A stretch of 61,842 nt of DNA from a virus (taxonomy: Duplodnaviria > Caudoviricetes): the IMG/VR virus record IMGVR_UViG_3300009466_000202, positions 1 to 61,842 of that record, one strand, 5' to 3'. Below the pieces are notes generated by a model. The model did no database searches, had not been told where the DNA came from, and saw nothing but the letters and a program-made list of their open reading frames with translations. How positions within the stretch are numbered: the first letter of the stretch is position 1; the number at the start of each line of letters is the position of its first letter. The position numbers and the translations under genes are program-made. Below are positions 29,494-39,309 of the stretch, piece by piece.

Positions 29494-30977
29494 GAATATT
29501 AGGGATAAACTGTCTAAATCATGACGCCGCAATGGCCGTGGTGGATGGCTCTGAGATATTGTGGGCCGCACACTCCGAACGTTATTCCAAGGTCAAGAAT
29601 GATCATTATCTCAATCATGATATTGTTAGAGAGGCCTATAGATATGGTCCGTTCGACAAGGTTGTGTACTACGAGAGGCCGTTCTCCAAGAAGATGCGAC
29701 AGATCCGGGCAGGACAATGGTCAGAGGTGTTCCAAACAAAGAACCTACCCTCACAACACCTACGACAGTTCGGCATCAAGATAGATCAATATGTGGATCA
29801 TCACGAGTCACACGCCGCTGGATCGTTCTTCACATCACCGTTCACGGATGCCATAGTGCTGTGCGTGGATGCCATAGGCGAGTGGGACACAATGACTGTA
29901 TGGACTGGAAGGGGTCGACAATTACACAAACAAGACTCAATGCAATATCCGCACTCTGTGGGATTGTTGTATTCGGCTTTCACCCAACGTGTGGGGCTCA
30001 AACCCTGTGAGGAAGAATACATCCTTATGGGAATGTCAGCATATGGAGAACACCGATATCGAGATGCTATCTATCACGATCTCATAGATCATAGGACTTT
30101 CAAACTGAAACGCAATCTACATCGGGGACTGGGAGATTGGATGCCGGGTGCTGATCCCATGGATCTCGCCGCTTCCATACAGAAGGTCACGGAAGAGATA
30201 CTGTTGGGTATGTGGAGGCACAGTGCCAGATTCATACCACAGGGACAGCGAGCGGTCAGTCCTTTTGGAGACAAACGAAATCTATGCTATTCTGGTGGAG
30301 TGTCCCTCAATTGTGTGGCCAATGCCGTGCTGATGAATCAAGGAGTATTTGAGGACTGTTGGATAATGCCCAATCCGGGAGATGCCGGAAGCAGTTTAGG
30401 CTGTATAGCGGCCTCGGAGAAAAGACACCTTAATTGGAAGAATCCCTTCCTGGGACACAACATCGATGGTGAATATCCCATAGACACGATCATCAAAGAA
30501 CTGACAGAAAACAAGATGGTGGGAGTGGCCAACGGCAGGGCGGAATTTGGTCCCAGAGCACTTGGTAATAGATCTCTGCTGGCAGATCCAAGAGGACCAG
30601 AAATCAAAGATTTGGTAAATCAAATTAAACGCAGACAGGCATTTAGACCGTTTGCACCAGCCATTCTAGAAGAGGATGTAAACGACTATTTTGAGCTACC
30701 TAAAGGGGTTATAAACACCCCTTATATGCAACATACAGCCCTTTGTTTGCGTGGTAATGAGTTTCCGGGCATCTTACACTGCGACGGCACATCACGTGTA
30801 CAAACCGTTAATAAGCAGGATAATCCAGGGTTCTACGAGCTGTTAAAACAGTGGAAAAAACGCACAGGCTGTCCTATGCTTCTAAATACCAGTCTCAACA
30901 TAAAGGGTGAGCCCATAGTGAACGACAAAATGGATGCAAAAAGATTCGAAACCAAGTATAATGTAAGGGTAGTATGA
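29490..30977 (+). CDS. Carbamoyltransferase (NodU/CmcH family)
   Basis: ILGINCLNHDAA, HHESHAA, PGDAGSSLG, EFGPRALGNRS, RPFAP and LLNTSLN. Confidence 0.92.
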   Translation: MRILGINCLNHDAAMAVVDGSEILWAAHSERYSKVKNDHYLNHDIVREAYRYGPFDKVVYYERPFSKKMRQIRAGQWSEVFQTKNLPSQHLRQFGIKIDQYVDHHESHAAGSFFTSPFTDAIVLCVDAIGEWDTMTVWTGRGRQLHKQDSMQYPHSVGLLYSAFTQRVGLKPCEEEYILMGMSAYGEHRYRDAIYHDLIDHRTFKLKRNLHRGLGDWMPGADPMDLAASIQKVTEEILLGMWRHSARFIPQGQRAVSPFGDKRNLCYSGGVSLNCVANAVLMNQGVFEDCWIMPNPGDAGSSLGCIAASEKRHLNWKNPFLGHNIDGEYPIDTIIKELTENKMVGVANGRAEFGPRALGNRSLLADPRGPEIKDLVNQIKRRQAFRPFAPAILEEDVNDYFELPKGVINTPYMQHTALCLRGNEFPGILHCDGTSRVQTVNKQDNPGFYELLKQWKKRTGCPMLLNTSLNIKGEPIVNDKMDAKRFETKYNVRVV

Positions 30978-31306
30978 AGATAGAAGGAAATTTCAATGTG
31001 GGTGGAGAGATCGTCAAGCAGGATGAACGCTATGTTGTCCAGGACAACCGATTGCTCAAGAACTTAATTTTAAGCAGTACTCGATTGAATCCTGGTAAGG
31101 AGACCACGGGACATCGCCACGAGGGACAGGAAGAAGTGTATATGTTCGTGGAAGGCACAGGAGAGATGCTGTTGGACGAAAAACGCTTCGCAGTCAAACA
31201 GGGAGACATAGTTCTGATAGAGGACGGAGTATTTCATCGAGTGTACAACACTAGCGACAAGGAACTGTATTTCGTCTGTGTGTTTGACGGCCAAAGGAGA
31301 CACTAA
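30974..31306 (+). CDS. Cupin-domain protein
   Basis: GHRHEGQEEVYMF...GDIVLIEDGVFHRV. Confidence 0.85.
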   Translation: MKIEGNFNVGGEIVKQDERYVVQDNRLLKNLILSSTRLNPGKETTGHRHEGQEEVYMFVEGTGEMLLDEKRFAVKQGDIVLIEDGVFHRVYNTSDKELYFVCVFDGQRRH

Positions 31307-32259
31307 TGAGAATATTGGTCACAGGCGGAGAAGGATTTATTGGATCGTGGATAGTGGAAAAACTATGCGAACAGAAGCATCAGGTTTACACACTAGATAA
31401 CCACGACACCTATGGACTTATAGATTCCAAACAACTACAGCATCTACACAATTGGCGCCAAAGAAATTGGGCAGAAAAGGTTTATAAATCCAGAGGCTCG
31501 GTCACAGACAGAGACAAAGTTCTGGCGGTATTCCAACATCGCCCAGAAGTGGTGATACATCTTGCCTCGTATCCTCGAGCAAAGATTGTACATCAAAATC
31601 CTTTATTGGGTACAGATAATATCATAGGTGGTACAATAAATCTTTTAGAACACTGTCAAAAATTTGGTACAAAAAGATTTGTGTTTGTTTCTTCGTCGAT
31701 GATATATGGAAACTTCCAAGACGGTGTCAAGGAAGGCGATGACACAAAACCATTGAACATATACGGCGAGGCCAAACTGTCCGCAGAAAGATTCTGCAAA
31801 CACTATCAGAAGTTCCACGGAGTGGAATATGTGATAGCAAGGCCTTCGGGTGTTTATGGCCCCGGCGACATACCAGACCGAGTGGTGACAACATTCTATG
31901 ATCAAGCGATCAAAAATGAAAAGATAACAGTTCACAAGGGCATAGGTGCCGTGGACTTCACCTATGTAGAGGATGCCGCAGACGGAATCATACGATGTGC
32001 CACTATACCAGGAGCGGCAAATCTAAGTTTTAATATATCATCTGGTGAAGGTACAAAATTAAAAAGTTTAGCAGAACACATAGTATCAATAACAGATTCA
32101 AAATCTGAAATCATAGAAGAAGGACGCAATCAGATGTATCCTGCCAGAGGAGCATTGGATATCTCAAGAGCACGTGATTTATTAGGATATAATCCACAAA
32201 CATCTTTACTCAAAGGATTAAACAATTATCATGAGTGGTACCAAGCAAATCAAATTTAA
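31306..32259 (+). CDS. NAD-dependent NDP-sugar epimerase/dehydratase
   Basis: ILVTGGEGFIGS, YGEAK (YxxxK), VYGPG and DFTYVED. Confidence 0.88.
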   Translation: MRILVTGGEGFIGSWIVEKLCEQKHQVYTLDNHDTYGLIDSKQLQHLHNWRQRNWAEKVYKSRGSVTDRDKVLAVFQHRPEVVIHLASYPRAKIVHQNPLLGTDNIIGGTINLLEHCQKFGTKRFVFVSSSMIYGNFQDGVKEGDDTKPLNIYGEAKLSAERFCKHYQKFHGVEYVIARPSGVYGPGDIPDRVVTTFYDQAIKNEKITVHKGIGAVDFTYVEDAADGIIRCATIPGAANLSFNISSGEGTKLKSLAEHIVSITDSKSEIIEEGRNQMYPARGALDISRARDLLGYNPQTSLLKGLNNYHEWYQANQI

Positions 32260-33310
32260 CGGAATAGATAGATTGTACGATGCCTACAGTTGGCGTCTTA
32301 CTCGTCGTGCGAAAAAAGTCTGGCGTACGGGACAGGTGCTACAGGGACCTGAACTCAATGAGCTGGAAGAACGCTTCAAGAAAAAATATAGAAGAAAATA
32401 TGCCGTGGGTGTAGGATCGGCCACTGATGGATTATATTTTGCCCTTGCCGGACACGGCATCAATAAAGGGTCTACTGTGATCTGTCCTGTGGTGAGTTAT
32501 GTTGCCACAGCGGGAGCAATACGGAGAACAGGTGCCAAATTGAACTTCTGTGATACTGATAATAGAGGAAACTTAGGCAGTTTAAATTTACAACAAAAAC
32601 CACAAGCGGTAGTATATGTCAATCTCTATGGCAACTGTGCTGACTATGACAGGATAAGAAAATACTGTGATGAGAACAAAGCGGTATTGATAGAAGATGC
32701 CGCTCAGTCCATGGGTGCCTATTATAAAAAAACCTGGACCAAGAGTTTGCAGTCCGGACAGATGGGGGACACATCTGTGTTCAGTTTTGACCCTACGAAA
32801 AACTTACCTTGTTTTGGTTCGGGAGGAATGATACTGACAGATTCATTAGCAGTCTATGAAAAGGCAATAGCATTAAGAAGGCATGGATTACAAGGTACAT
32901 CTGTTGTATACGGATATAATAGTTTACCATCAGAAGATCATTGTTCTCAACTCAACTTTTTGTTTGATCGTTTTACCTCTCTACAAAAAATGAGAGAGAA
33001 CGTATTTAAATGGTATAAAGAATATCTACCCATAGGCACGATAATTCAGGCAGATAAAAATACAGTGAGTAGTCATCATAAATTAGTGATCATCACAGGA
33101 AGTAGAGACAGATTAAAAGATTTTCTCACCAAACATGGTATTGAAACACGAGTTCATTATTCTAAGACACTAGATAATGGGTCATTGAATCATTACCCAA
33201 ATGCAGACTATCTATGTGCTAACTGTCTTAGTCTTCCAATATATCCTTTTCTTGAGAAAGTAGAAGTAAAATATATTTGTGATAAGATAAGAGAGTTCAA
33301 TGGCATTTGA
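32231..33310 (+). CDS. DegT/DnrJ/EryC1/StrS PLP-dependent sugar aminotransferase
   Basis: VGSATDGL, IEDAAQS, FSFDPTKNL (catalytic Lys) and LSLPIYP. Confidence 0.9.
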   Translation: MSGTKQIKFNGIDRLYDAYSWRLTRRAKKVWRTGQVLQGPELNELEERFKKKYRRKYAVGVGSATDGLYFALAGHGINKGSTVICPVVSYVATAGAIRRTGAKLNFCDTDNRGNLGSLNLQQKPQAVVYVNLYGNCADYDRIRKYCDENKAVLIEDAAQSMGAYYKKTWTKSLQSGQMGDTSVFSFDPTKNLPCFGSGGMILTDSLAVYEKAIALRRHGLQGTSVVYGYNSLPSEDHCSQLNFLFDRFTSLQKMRENVFKWYKEYLPIGTIIQADKNTVSSHHKLVIITGSRDRLKDFLTKHGIETRVHYSKTLDNGSLNHYPNADYLCANCLSLPIYPFLEKVEVKYICDKIREFNGI

Positions 33311-34604
33311 TTGTATATTTGTAGATTTTCAAGAAAATAATCCCACTAGAGAAAGAGTATTAGAACAATTTCCTTATGCTCGAAAAACTCCTTTTATATC
33401 AAGTTATTTTGATATTATTAAAAGTTATATTAATGAAATAAGAACAGAATATTTTTGGTTTGTAAGTGATCTTGTAAATTTGCAACACTTTGATTTTGAC
33501 TACATACCAGAACAATACGAAGATAAGCAAATACACGTCTGGAATGGGTCTTACCAAACAGAGGGCGATGTCATGCTTATACCTACACAAGAATTTCGTA
33601 AGCAAATAAATTCAATTAAATTTTTAAGAGATTACAAGGATATAAATTATCACGTAGATTCTACCATAACTTTCAATGCTTGGCCTTCGCATCCTTTTTC
33701 ATTTGATAATTTAATTGAACAAATACGTTCGCAGAAATCAAGATATGTAAATTATTATCTACGTGATATTAAAAATATAACTCCTAGTTTTTGGGAAGAT
33801 CAAAAACTCTACATTCATGATTGTAATAAATTTAATATTTTAGTACCCAAATTTTCAATTAAAGAAGAATTATACGAATACACACCTCGATACAGTTTAA
33901 ACAATATTAGTGAACCCATTTACTTTGATGTATGTTATATACACAATGGAGAACCACAAGCATTAGATAATTTAAAATTATTGAAAAAACATCTTAAAGG
34001 AAGACCAAATAAATTACACGTGATAGAAGGAGTCAAGGGCCGTAAAGAGGCCTATCAGACAGCCGCACGAGCCAGCACCACAGAATACTTCTATGCTGTG
34101 TTCGCTAAACTCAAAGTAGACAAGAATTTTGCTTTTAACTTTGTGCCGGATATTTTAAAATCTCCAAGACATTATATATTTGATTGTTACAATCCTGTGA
34201 TCGATTACACCTATGGTCATCAAGCAGTTATACTGTATAATAAAAAGTTAGTGTTAGAAAACGATGGTACAGGATTAGATTTCACACTGGCACAGAAGCA
34301 CGATCACATAACTTTGTTGAGTGCAGAGACAACTTTTTATACAGATCCTCGTGTGTGTTATAGGACAGCATTTAGAGAAATAGTCAAATTAATATATAAT
34401 AAAAAAATAAAACCCACGGTCGAAAATGACTTCATACTGAAAAAATGGTTGGACCCAGATATCGGTCCCGGTGCCTCATATGTAAGAGATGCCGGCATTG
34501 ATGCAAAAGAATTTGTGCATTCGCATGGTCACGATTTCGATTCAATGTTTAAAAGTTATGAATGGGAATTTGTTGATAAAAAATTTGATCAACGTTATAG
34601 TTAA
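33300..34604 (+). CDS. Two-domain glycosyltransferase-like protein; C-terminal half is a paralogue of 20042-20935
   Basis: FDVCYIHNGEP, GVKGRKEAYQTAARASTTEYF and TAFREIVKL align by eye with the 20042 product, but the DxD position reads VFAK. Confidence 0.55.
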   Translation: MAFDCIFVDFQENNPTRERVLEQFPYARKTPFISSYFDIIKSYINEIRTEYFWFVSDLVNLQHFDFDYIPEQYEDKQIHVWNGSYQTEGDVMLIPTQEFRKQINSIKFLRDYKDINYHVDSTITFNAWPSHPFSFDNLIEQIRSQKSRYVNYYLRDIKNITPSFWEDQKLYIHDCNKFNILVPKFSIKEELYEYTPRYSLNNISEPIYFDVCYIHNGEPQALDNLKLLKKHLKGRPNKLHVIEGVKGRKEAYQTAARASTTEYFYAVFAKLKVDKNFAFNFVPDILKSPRHYIFDCYNPVIDYTYGHQAVILYNKKLVLENDGTGLDFTLAQKHDHITLLSAETTFYTDPRVCYRTAFREIVKLIYNKKIKPTVENDFILKKWLDPDIGPGASYVRDAGIDAKEFVHSHGHDFDSMFKSYEWEFVDKKFDQRYS

Positions 34605-34960
34605 TTTTTACGGAAAGCCTTGGATAAAATCTTATTTGTTTTTGATTCCATGTCTTCTTTAAGTTTAGGAACATCAAATTTTATGTCTACAGTTTTAATA
34701 TTAATTCTATTTTGATTTATATAATCTTTCAAATTTTTTGCTACTGAATTTTGAGATTTAGTTTGTAAATCTTTTGAGACGTCAATATGAATAACTACAT
34801 TATTCTTTAAAAAAATATCAACCCATAAAACATATTTTATAGGCATAGAAGATAATTTTATTTCATCAAGAATTTCTGGCCATTCCTTAACAAAATCTTT
34901 TGTAACCTGGATCCAGGAAAGATTACTTTTTGGATTTTGTGGTTTTTTTTGTAGAGGCAT
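34601..34960 (-). CDS. Hypothetical protein
   Basis: 119-aa ORF; last gene of the minus-strand arm, with a stop overlapping the + arm stop. Confidence 0.6.
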   Translation of the reverse strand: MPLQKKPQNPKSNLSWIQVTKDFVKEWPEILDEIKLSSMPIKYVLWVDIFLKNNVVIHIDVSKDLQTKSQNSVAKNLKDYINQNRINIKTVDIKFDVPKLKEDMESKTNKILSKAFRKN

Positions 34961-35426
34961 CTGCTTTAGGTTGTTCTAAATTAGAAAGTTCTAACACAGT
35001 GATGCCTTTTTCTTCTGCTATTAATTTGTTTAACTCGTCCAACTGTACTTGTCCATCGTTGCCGGCACCCATGGTCACAATAACATTGTTAGTGGGAATT
35101 TTTTTTAAAAAGTTGTTTTGATGAAGGTAAGGAAGCATTTCAACACCGTCGTTAAATCTTGACTTTGCTAAATGAGTACCAAGTTCAAAACTATTTTGAC
35201 CTTCTGCTGATTCTAGAGCCTTCATGAATGAATCATGATAGTTATTGTCTAAAAATTTAGGTCCGATTACTAAAGCATTTTCTGGCTCTCCGGGAACAGT
35301 TCTAAAAATTATTGCCACATTAGCATTTGAATCTTTTAACTTTCCTATATGTTTAATTTGCTTTCTGTTTGCCGCTATATTTTCTGCTGTACCTTGGACA
35401 TCCATTGGCATCATTTGTTGTACCAT
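34923..35426 (-). CDS. Hypothetical protein
   Basis: 167-aa ORF with an AGGAG RBS. Confidence 0.7.
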   Translation of the reverse strand: MVQQMMPMDVQGTAENIAANRKQIKHIGKLKDSNANVAIIFRTVPGEPENALVIGPKFLDNNYHDSFMKALESAEGQNSFELGTHLAKSRFNDGVEMLPYLHQNNFLKKIPTNNVIVTMGAGNDGQVQLDELNKLIAEEKGITVLELSNLEQPKADASTKKTTKSKK

Positions 35427-35435
35427 TATGTTCTC

Positions 35436-35732
35436 CTATTTTTGAGCCTCTGCTGTTGCAGTTGCGTTTGTTTCATCTGATTTTTGTTCTTGTGGTGCTA
35501 CTTTAGATAAAAATGCTTGTAATTTATTAAACATTACACCCACGGTTGCCATTTCATTTGCTCTGAAAGCACCTCTTGTAGAAGCAACATCGATAATAGT
35601 TGCTAGATTTTTTAAATCACCTATAGAAAGATCTGCCACCGGTTGTTGACTCGCAGTTGATTGAGCCGCAGGTGATTGATCGGTTGTCTTAGATACTTCT
35701 TCTTTTTTATTTGTTTTTTTTGCTTTTGCCAT
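35436..35732 (-). CDS. Hypothetical protein
   Basis: AAGGAG RBS; IIDVASTRGAFRANEM core. Confidence 0.7.
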   Translation of the reverse strand: MAKAKKTNKKEEVSKTTDQSPAAQSTASQQPVADLSIGDLKNLATIIDVASTRGAFRANEMATVGVMFNKLQAFLSKVAPQEQKSDETNATATAEAQK

Positions 35733-35765
35733 TTTATTTTCTCCTTAATTGCAATTAAGAATTAT

Positions 35766-35795
35766 AGTATACTATAATGTAGTTATATAAGTCAA
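35766..35795 (-). promoter_or_regulatory. Sigma70-like promoter TTGACT-18-TATACT
   Basis: Intergenic, upstream of the RBS and ATG 35732. Confidence 0.5.
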
Positions 35796-35801
35796 CAAAT
35801 G

Positions 35802-36068
35802 TTATTGACGTATCTGAGCCATTCCTGCTAGGGCAAATATGGTAAGATCGCTTGGCTCTTCAAATCCAATATTGGTAAAAGTTTTCACTTGGTCTTCTTT
35901 CCAAATAGGGACATCAACTATTCCAAATCGACCATTACAGTTTGCATATATCCATCTGGATAATATATCCTTTTGTGGTTCATGAATCAGTTTCAGAGTT
36001 GTTTTGGTAAAATGGGGCGGTATATGCTCTAATTTTCTTTTATAAAAATTTCTTGGATTTATTCTCAT
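35802..36068 (-). CDS. Hypothetical protein
   Basis: 88-aa ORF. Confidence 0.6.
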   Translation of the reverse strand: MRINPRNFYKRKLEHIPPHFTKTTLKLIHEPQKDILSRWIYANCNGRFGIVDVPIWKEDQVKTFTNIGFEEPSDLTIFALAGMAQIRQ

Positions 36069-36172
36069 AGGAGTCCAATCAATCCAGATAATAACAACAA
36101 AATCACTATCCAGACAAACGGTTCGCTAAACCAGTCTTTTGCAAACTCGTATAAAAAATTTTTAATTTTCAT
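36065..36172 (-). CDS. Small membrane peptide (35 aa; not in ORF track)
   Basis: MKIKNFLYEFAKDWFSEPFVWIVILLLLSGLIGLL; ATGA overlap with the downstream gene and overlap with the upstream stop. Confidence 0.55.
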   Translation of the reverse strand: MKIKNFLYEFAKDWFSEPFVWIVILLLLSGLIGLL

Positions 36173-37400
36173 ATTGTACTGTCAATCCAAAAGGCGCTTC
36201 GATGTTTCTTTCATATGTATTGTTTATAAGAAACACGGTATCACAATAGTTAGGATCGCCCCAACTATCAAACGGCCACCCGTCGGTAAACATTATAAAT
36301 TTCTTAGGTTCGATTCCTTCCGATTTCATATATTCCCAGTTACATTCAAATTCTGTACCCCCTCCAGAACCCAACACATAATCTTCAAGCTCGTCTGCAT
36401 TATCTGGTGTAAAAACTTTGGGGTTAAACACTTCGGTATCAAAACTCCATAAATGTATATTAAAGTCTTTATATTGATCCATTATGCCTTTTACTTCTGA
36501 AAGAAATTCTTTACATTGTTCATTACTAATAGATCCAGATGCATCCAAAGCCAAACAGATATCTATTTTATCTGTGTTCAGCATACCGGGTAATATAGCA
36601 TCCATATGCCAACTTCTTCTACTAGGTTTCATGAAAGTGTAGTCCGATTTCATTGTAGAAACGATCTGCTGTTGTATGATCTCTCTCCAGTTCATTTTTG
36701 GTTCTGTTAATTCTTGAATCATTCTTTGTATAGCACCTGGAAGATTTCCAGCACCAACCGATTGTGCCGCTGACACCATGGCCTCTTTCATCTCGTCTCG
36801 AATTTTCTTTAATTCTTCCTTTGAGTATTTTGGAGCAGAACCACCCTTGCCTTTCCCTTCTTGCTCTTTGTTGCCTTGCGAATCTTTGTCCCAGTCTATG
36901 TGTTCGTCTAATAGTTCTCCTAATTTCTTAAGATCATCCTTAAATTTATTGCCGTTCTTTTTTGCCTTTTTATATAATTCATCATAGATAGCCTCGGACG
37001 CCCAATCCTTGTACTTGTCGTCTTGGAAGCCTTTGTCCTTGCCCTTGTCGTCCTTGGGCATCTCGCCTACACGATAATCTTTAAGAATTTGATTCACAGC
37101 ATAGTCGCAGGCAACATTCCACAATTGGTGTTCTCTTTTACCAGCTCTTAATTGGAAATGATCGAACACACAATGTAAAACTTCGTGACCAAACAAGAAT
37201 TCAGTTTCTTTTGGAGTCAATGAATTAATAAATCCTGTGTTGAAATAAAAGTGTCTGCCGTCTGTGGCCGCTGTTGGACACCAATCGTCTGCATTGACGA
37301 TCTTGAGTCTAGTGGCAAGGTTGCCGAAGAAAGGTTGTTTCAACAGCAGTGCTATCCTTGCCGTGACCAGTTTGTCGATGATCTTTGCGTCTGAACTCAT
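36162..37400 (-). CDS. vWA-domain protein with HExxH putative metallopeptidase (DUF2201-like)
   Basis: TAATDG, HEVLH, MIDAS DASGS, GGGTEF and FTDG. Confidence 0.85.
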   Translation of the reverse strand: MSSDAKIIDKLVTARIALLLKQPFFGNLATRLKIVNADDWCPTAATDGRHFYFNTGFINSLTPKETEFLFGHEVLHCVFDHFQLRAGKREHQLWNVACDYAVNQILKDYRVGEMPKDDKGKDKGFQDDKYKDWASEAIYDELYKKAKKNGNKFKDDLKKLGELLDEHIDWDKDSQGNKEQEGKGKGGSAPKYSKEELKKIRDEMKEAMVSAAQSVGAGNLPGAIQRMIQELTEPKMNWREIIQQQIVSTMKSDYTFMKPSRRSWHMDAILPGMLNTDKIDICLALDASGSISNEQCKEFLSEVKGIMDQYKDFNIHLWSFDTEVFNPKVFTPDNADELEDYVLGSGGGTEFECNWEYMKSEGIEPKKFIMFTDGWPFDSWGDPNYCDTVFLINNTYERNIEAPFGLTVQYEN

Positions 37401-38503
37401 TATTTAGACTCCATAGCAGTGATGACGTATTTGCCAAACTTTTTATGGAATCTATCAAATGATTTGAGTTTGCTGGGATCGAAAGGTAACTGATAGTTTG
37501 TGAGGGCGATCTTCGCACCCATGACAACCAACTCTGTCTCAAAGTTGTCCATCATATAATCAAAAAACCTATCTGCTAGTGAGTTCCAATCTTTCACTTT
37601 GTTCTCGTGTGCCTGTCTAAGCTCGTAGCATAGACTCACTGTTAAAGAATACATCGCTGATATTTCCTTGCATTTCAGATCTTTGACTTTACCTGATAAT
37701 ATGTCGCTGGGATTAGGAAGTTGGCCGCTGATTTTACGATGATTCATAAACTTCACGGCCAACCCTTCTCCTACTGCGCCTGCAACGAGGTCAGTGAGCG
37801 TACTTTCAGGCAGGTCATCAGTTAGAAGCTCGGATACGAAACTCCAACTTCTCGGAGTCGCAAAACTTCTTGATGCGCCTCGAGGATCAAAATCATATAG
37901 ATCCTGTTTGGCGAATGTTACGTAACCCACGACATCTGCGTGTACTTGGTTGTTCGTGGCCCAAGTCATCCAGTCGTCGTAGTCTACTCTTAGTTCAATG
38001 TGAACAAATCTGTTCGCAAGTGGTGATGGCATCCTGTATGTCACACCCTTGTCTGCGTCCCTGTTACCTGCGGCAACGATCGCGACGCCTTCTGGCAGTT
38101 TATACTGCCCAACTCTCCTGTTCAGGATCAACTGGTAAGCCGCCGCCTGTACTGCCGGTGCCGCCGAATTGATTTCGTCCAAGAACAATATTGCTGTGGA
38201 TTTGGGATCTGTTGGCAATTCCGCCGGTGATGCCCAAACCATATTATTTTCTTTTTGATTGTAATAAGGTATACCTTTGATATCTGTGGGTTCCCACAGC
38301 GGAAGTCTAATATCGATTACTTCTCGGTCCTGTTCATCACCAATTTGTTTTACAATGTCAGATTTACCAATACCCGGAGCACCCCACATCATTATGGGTC
38401 TCTTTAATTGAATACAATGCTGTAATGCTTTCTTTGCCTCGTTTGGAGTAACTGTTCTGTTTTGCGAACCAACTACTGCCTTATCTTTGTCTTTTTTAAC
38501 CAT
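37400..38503 (-). CDS. MoxR-like AAA+ ATPase
   Basis: Walker A GAPGIGKS, Walker B LFLDE, AAGN and LANRF; adjacent to the vWA gene. Confidence 0.88.
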   Translation of the reverse strand: MVKKDKDKAVVGSQNRTVTPNEAKKALQHCIQLKRPIMMWGAPGIGKSDIVKQIGDEQDREVIDIRLPLWEPTDIKGIPYYNQKENNMVWASPAELPTDPKSTAILFLDEINSAAPAVQAAAYQLILNRRVGQYKLPEGVAIVAAGNRDADKGVTYRMPSPLANRFVHIELRVDYDDWMTWATNNQVHADVVGYVTFAKQDLYDFDPRGASRSFATPRSWSFVSELLTDDLPESTLTDLVAGAVGEGLAVKFMNHRKISGQLPNPSDILSGKVKDLKCKEISAMYSLTVSLCYELRQAHENKVKDWNSLADRFFDYMMDNFETELVVMGAKIALTNYQLPFDPSKLKSFDRFHKKFGKYVITAMESK

Positions 38504-38536
38504 TTAGTACACTCCTGTTTAAATGTTTATAATATC

Positions 38537-38564
38537 ATTATAGCAGGATTGTGTTGTGTGTCAA
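38537..38564 (-). promoter_or_regulatory. Consensus sigma70 promoter TTGACA-16-TATAAT with extended -10
   Basis: Perfect hexamers upstream of RBS AGGAG and ATG 38503. Confidence 0.75.
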
Positions 38565-38584
38565 CTGGTAATAAGTTGTTGATT

Positions 38585-38983
38585 TTATTGACTTTTTTCC
38601 TCGTCGGCTTTGCTCATTGCCCTTGCAAGACCGTATTTGGTGATATCCCCAGCGAACATCATGAGTTGTAGAGCCATTTTTTCCATGGTCACAATGATCT
38701 GTTTCTTGTCTACAAAATATGGACAATCCACAAATTCATCCAGCCAAAGATAGGTCTGTGGAGTGAATATGATCTTGTCTGGGAATTTAATTGTATAAAT
38801 TTTAATATCTAATTTTTCTATGATTTCTAAACCTTGTTTAGTAAGCCTTAATGATCTTGCCTGATAGCTCTCTCTAACATTCTGCCACCAGGTATAATAA
38901 TTGGTTTTAATGGTTTCGTCGTGAATTGGCAATTCTAGCAACGTCATGAACGTGCGAGTATACGCAGTTTTTGTATCCATCAC
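38585..38983 (-). CDS. Hypothetical protein
   Basis: 132-aa ORF (WWQN..SLRLT..G..DCPYF). Confidence 0.65.
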   Translation of the reverse strand: MMDTKTAYTRTFMTLLELPIHDETIKTNYYTWWQNVRESYQARSLRLTKQGLEIIEKLDIKIYTIKFPDKIIFTPQTYLWLDEFVDCPYFVDKKQIIVTMEKMALQLMMFAGDITKYGLARAMSKADEEKSQ

Positions 38984-38989
38984 TGTTAG

Positions 38990-39277
38990 TTATCGTTTAT
39001 ATTTGATACCGGTCTTTAAAAGATAAACTTCGAACTTGTCAGTCTTATGCTGTGTGTTTAGTTTTTTTGCCAAGTTCTCCGCGTGTCCGGGATTAGAAAA
39101 ACTTACTTTTTTATATTTTGGTCCAGGATAGTTAGAGACAAAACTTGATGTTTTTAAATTGATAGGTTTACTATCATAAAACACCGCCCATATGCCCTCC
39201 GCGGCAAGAACGTCGTCTTGCTTGTAGGTTTCTTTATTGCTGATAGTTAACAGCACTTGGGGCTTTGGTCTACTCAT
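38990..39277 (-). CDS. Hypothetical protein
   Basis: Start refined to MSRPKP; YKKVSFSNPGHA motif; GTAAATA late-like motif at 39289-39295. Confidence 0.65.
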   Translation of the reverse strand: MSRPKPQVLLTISNKETYKQDDVLAAEGIWAVFYDSKPINLKTSSFVSNYPGPKYKKVSFSNPGHAENLAKKLNTQHKTDKFEVYLLKTGIKYKR

Positions 39278-39309
39278 TTTAGTAAGTATATTTACCAAAA
39301 GTTATTAAA

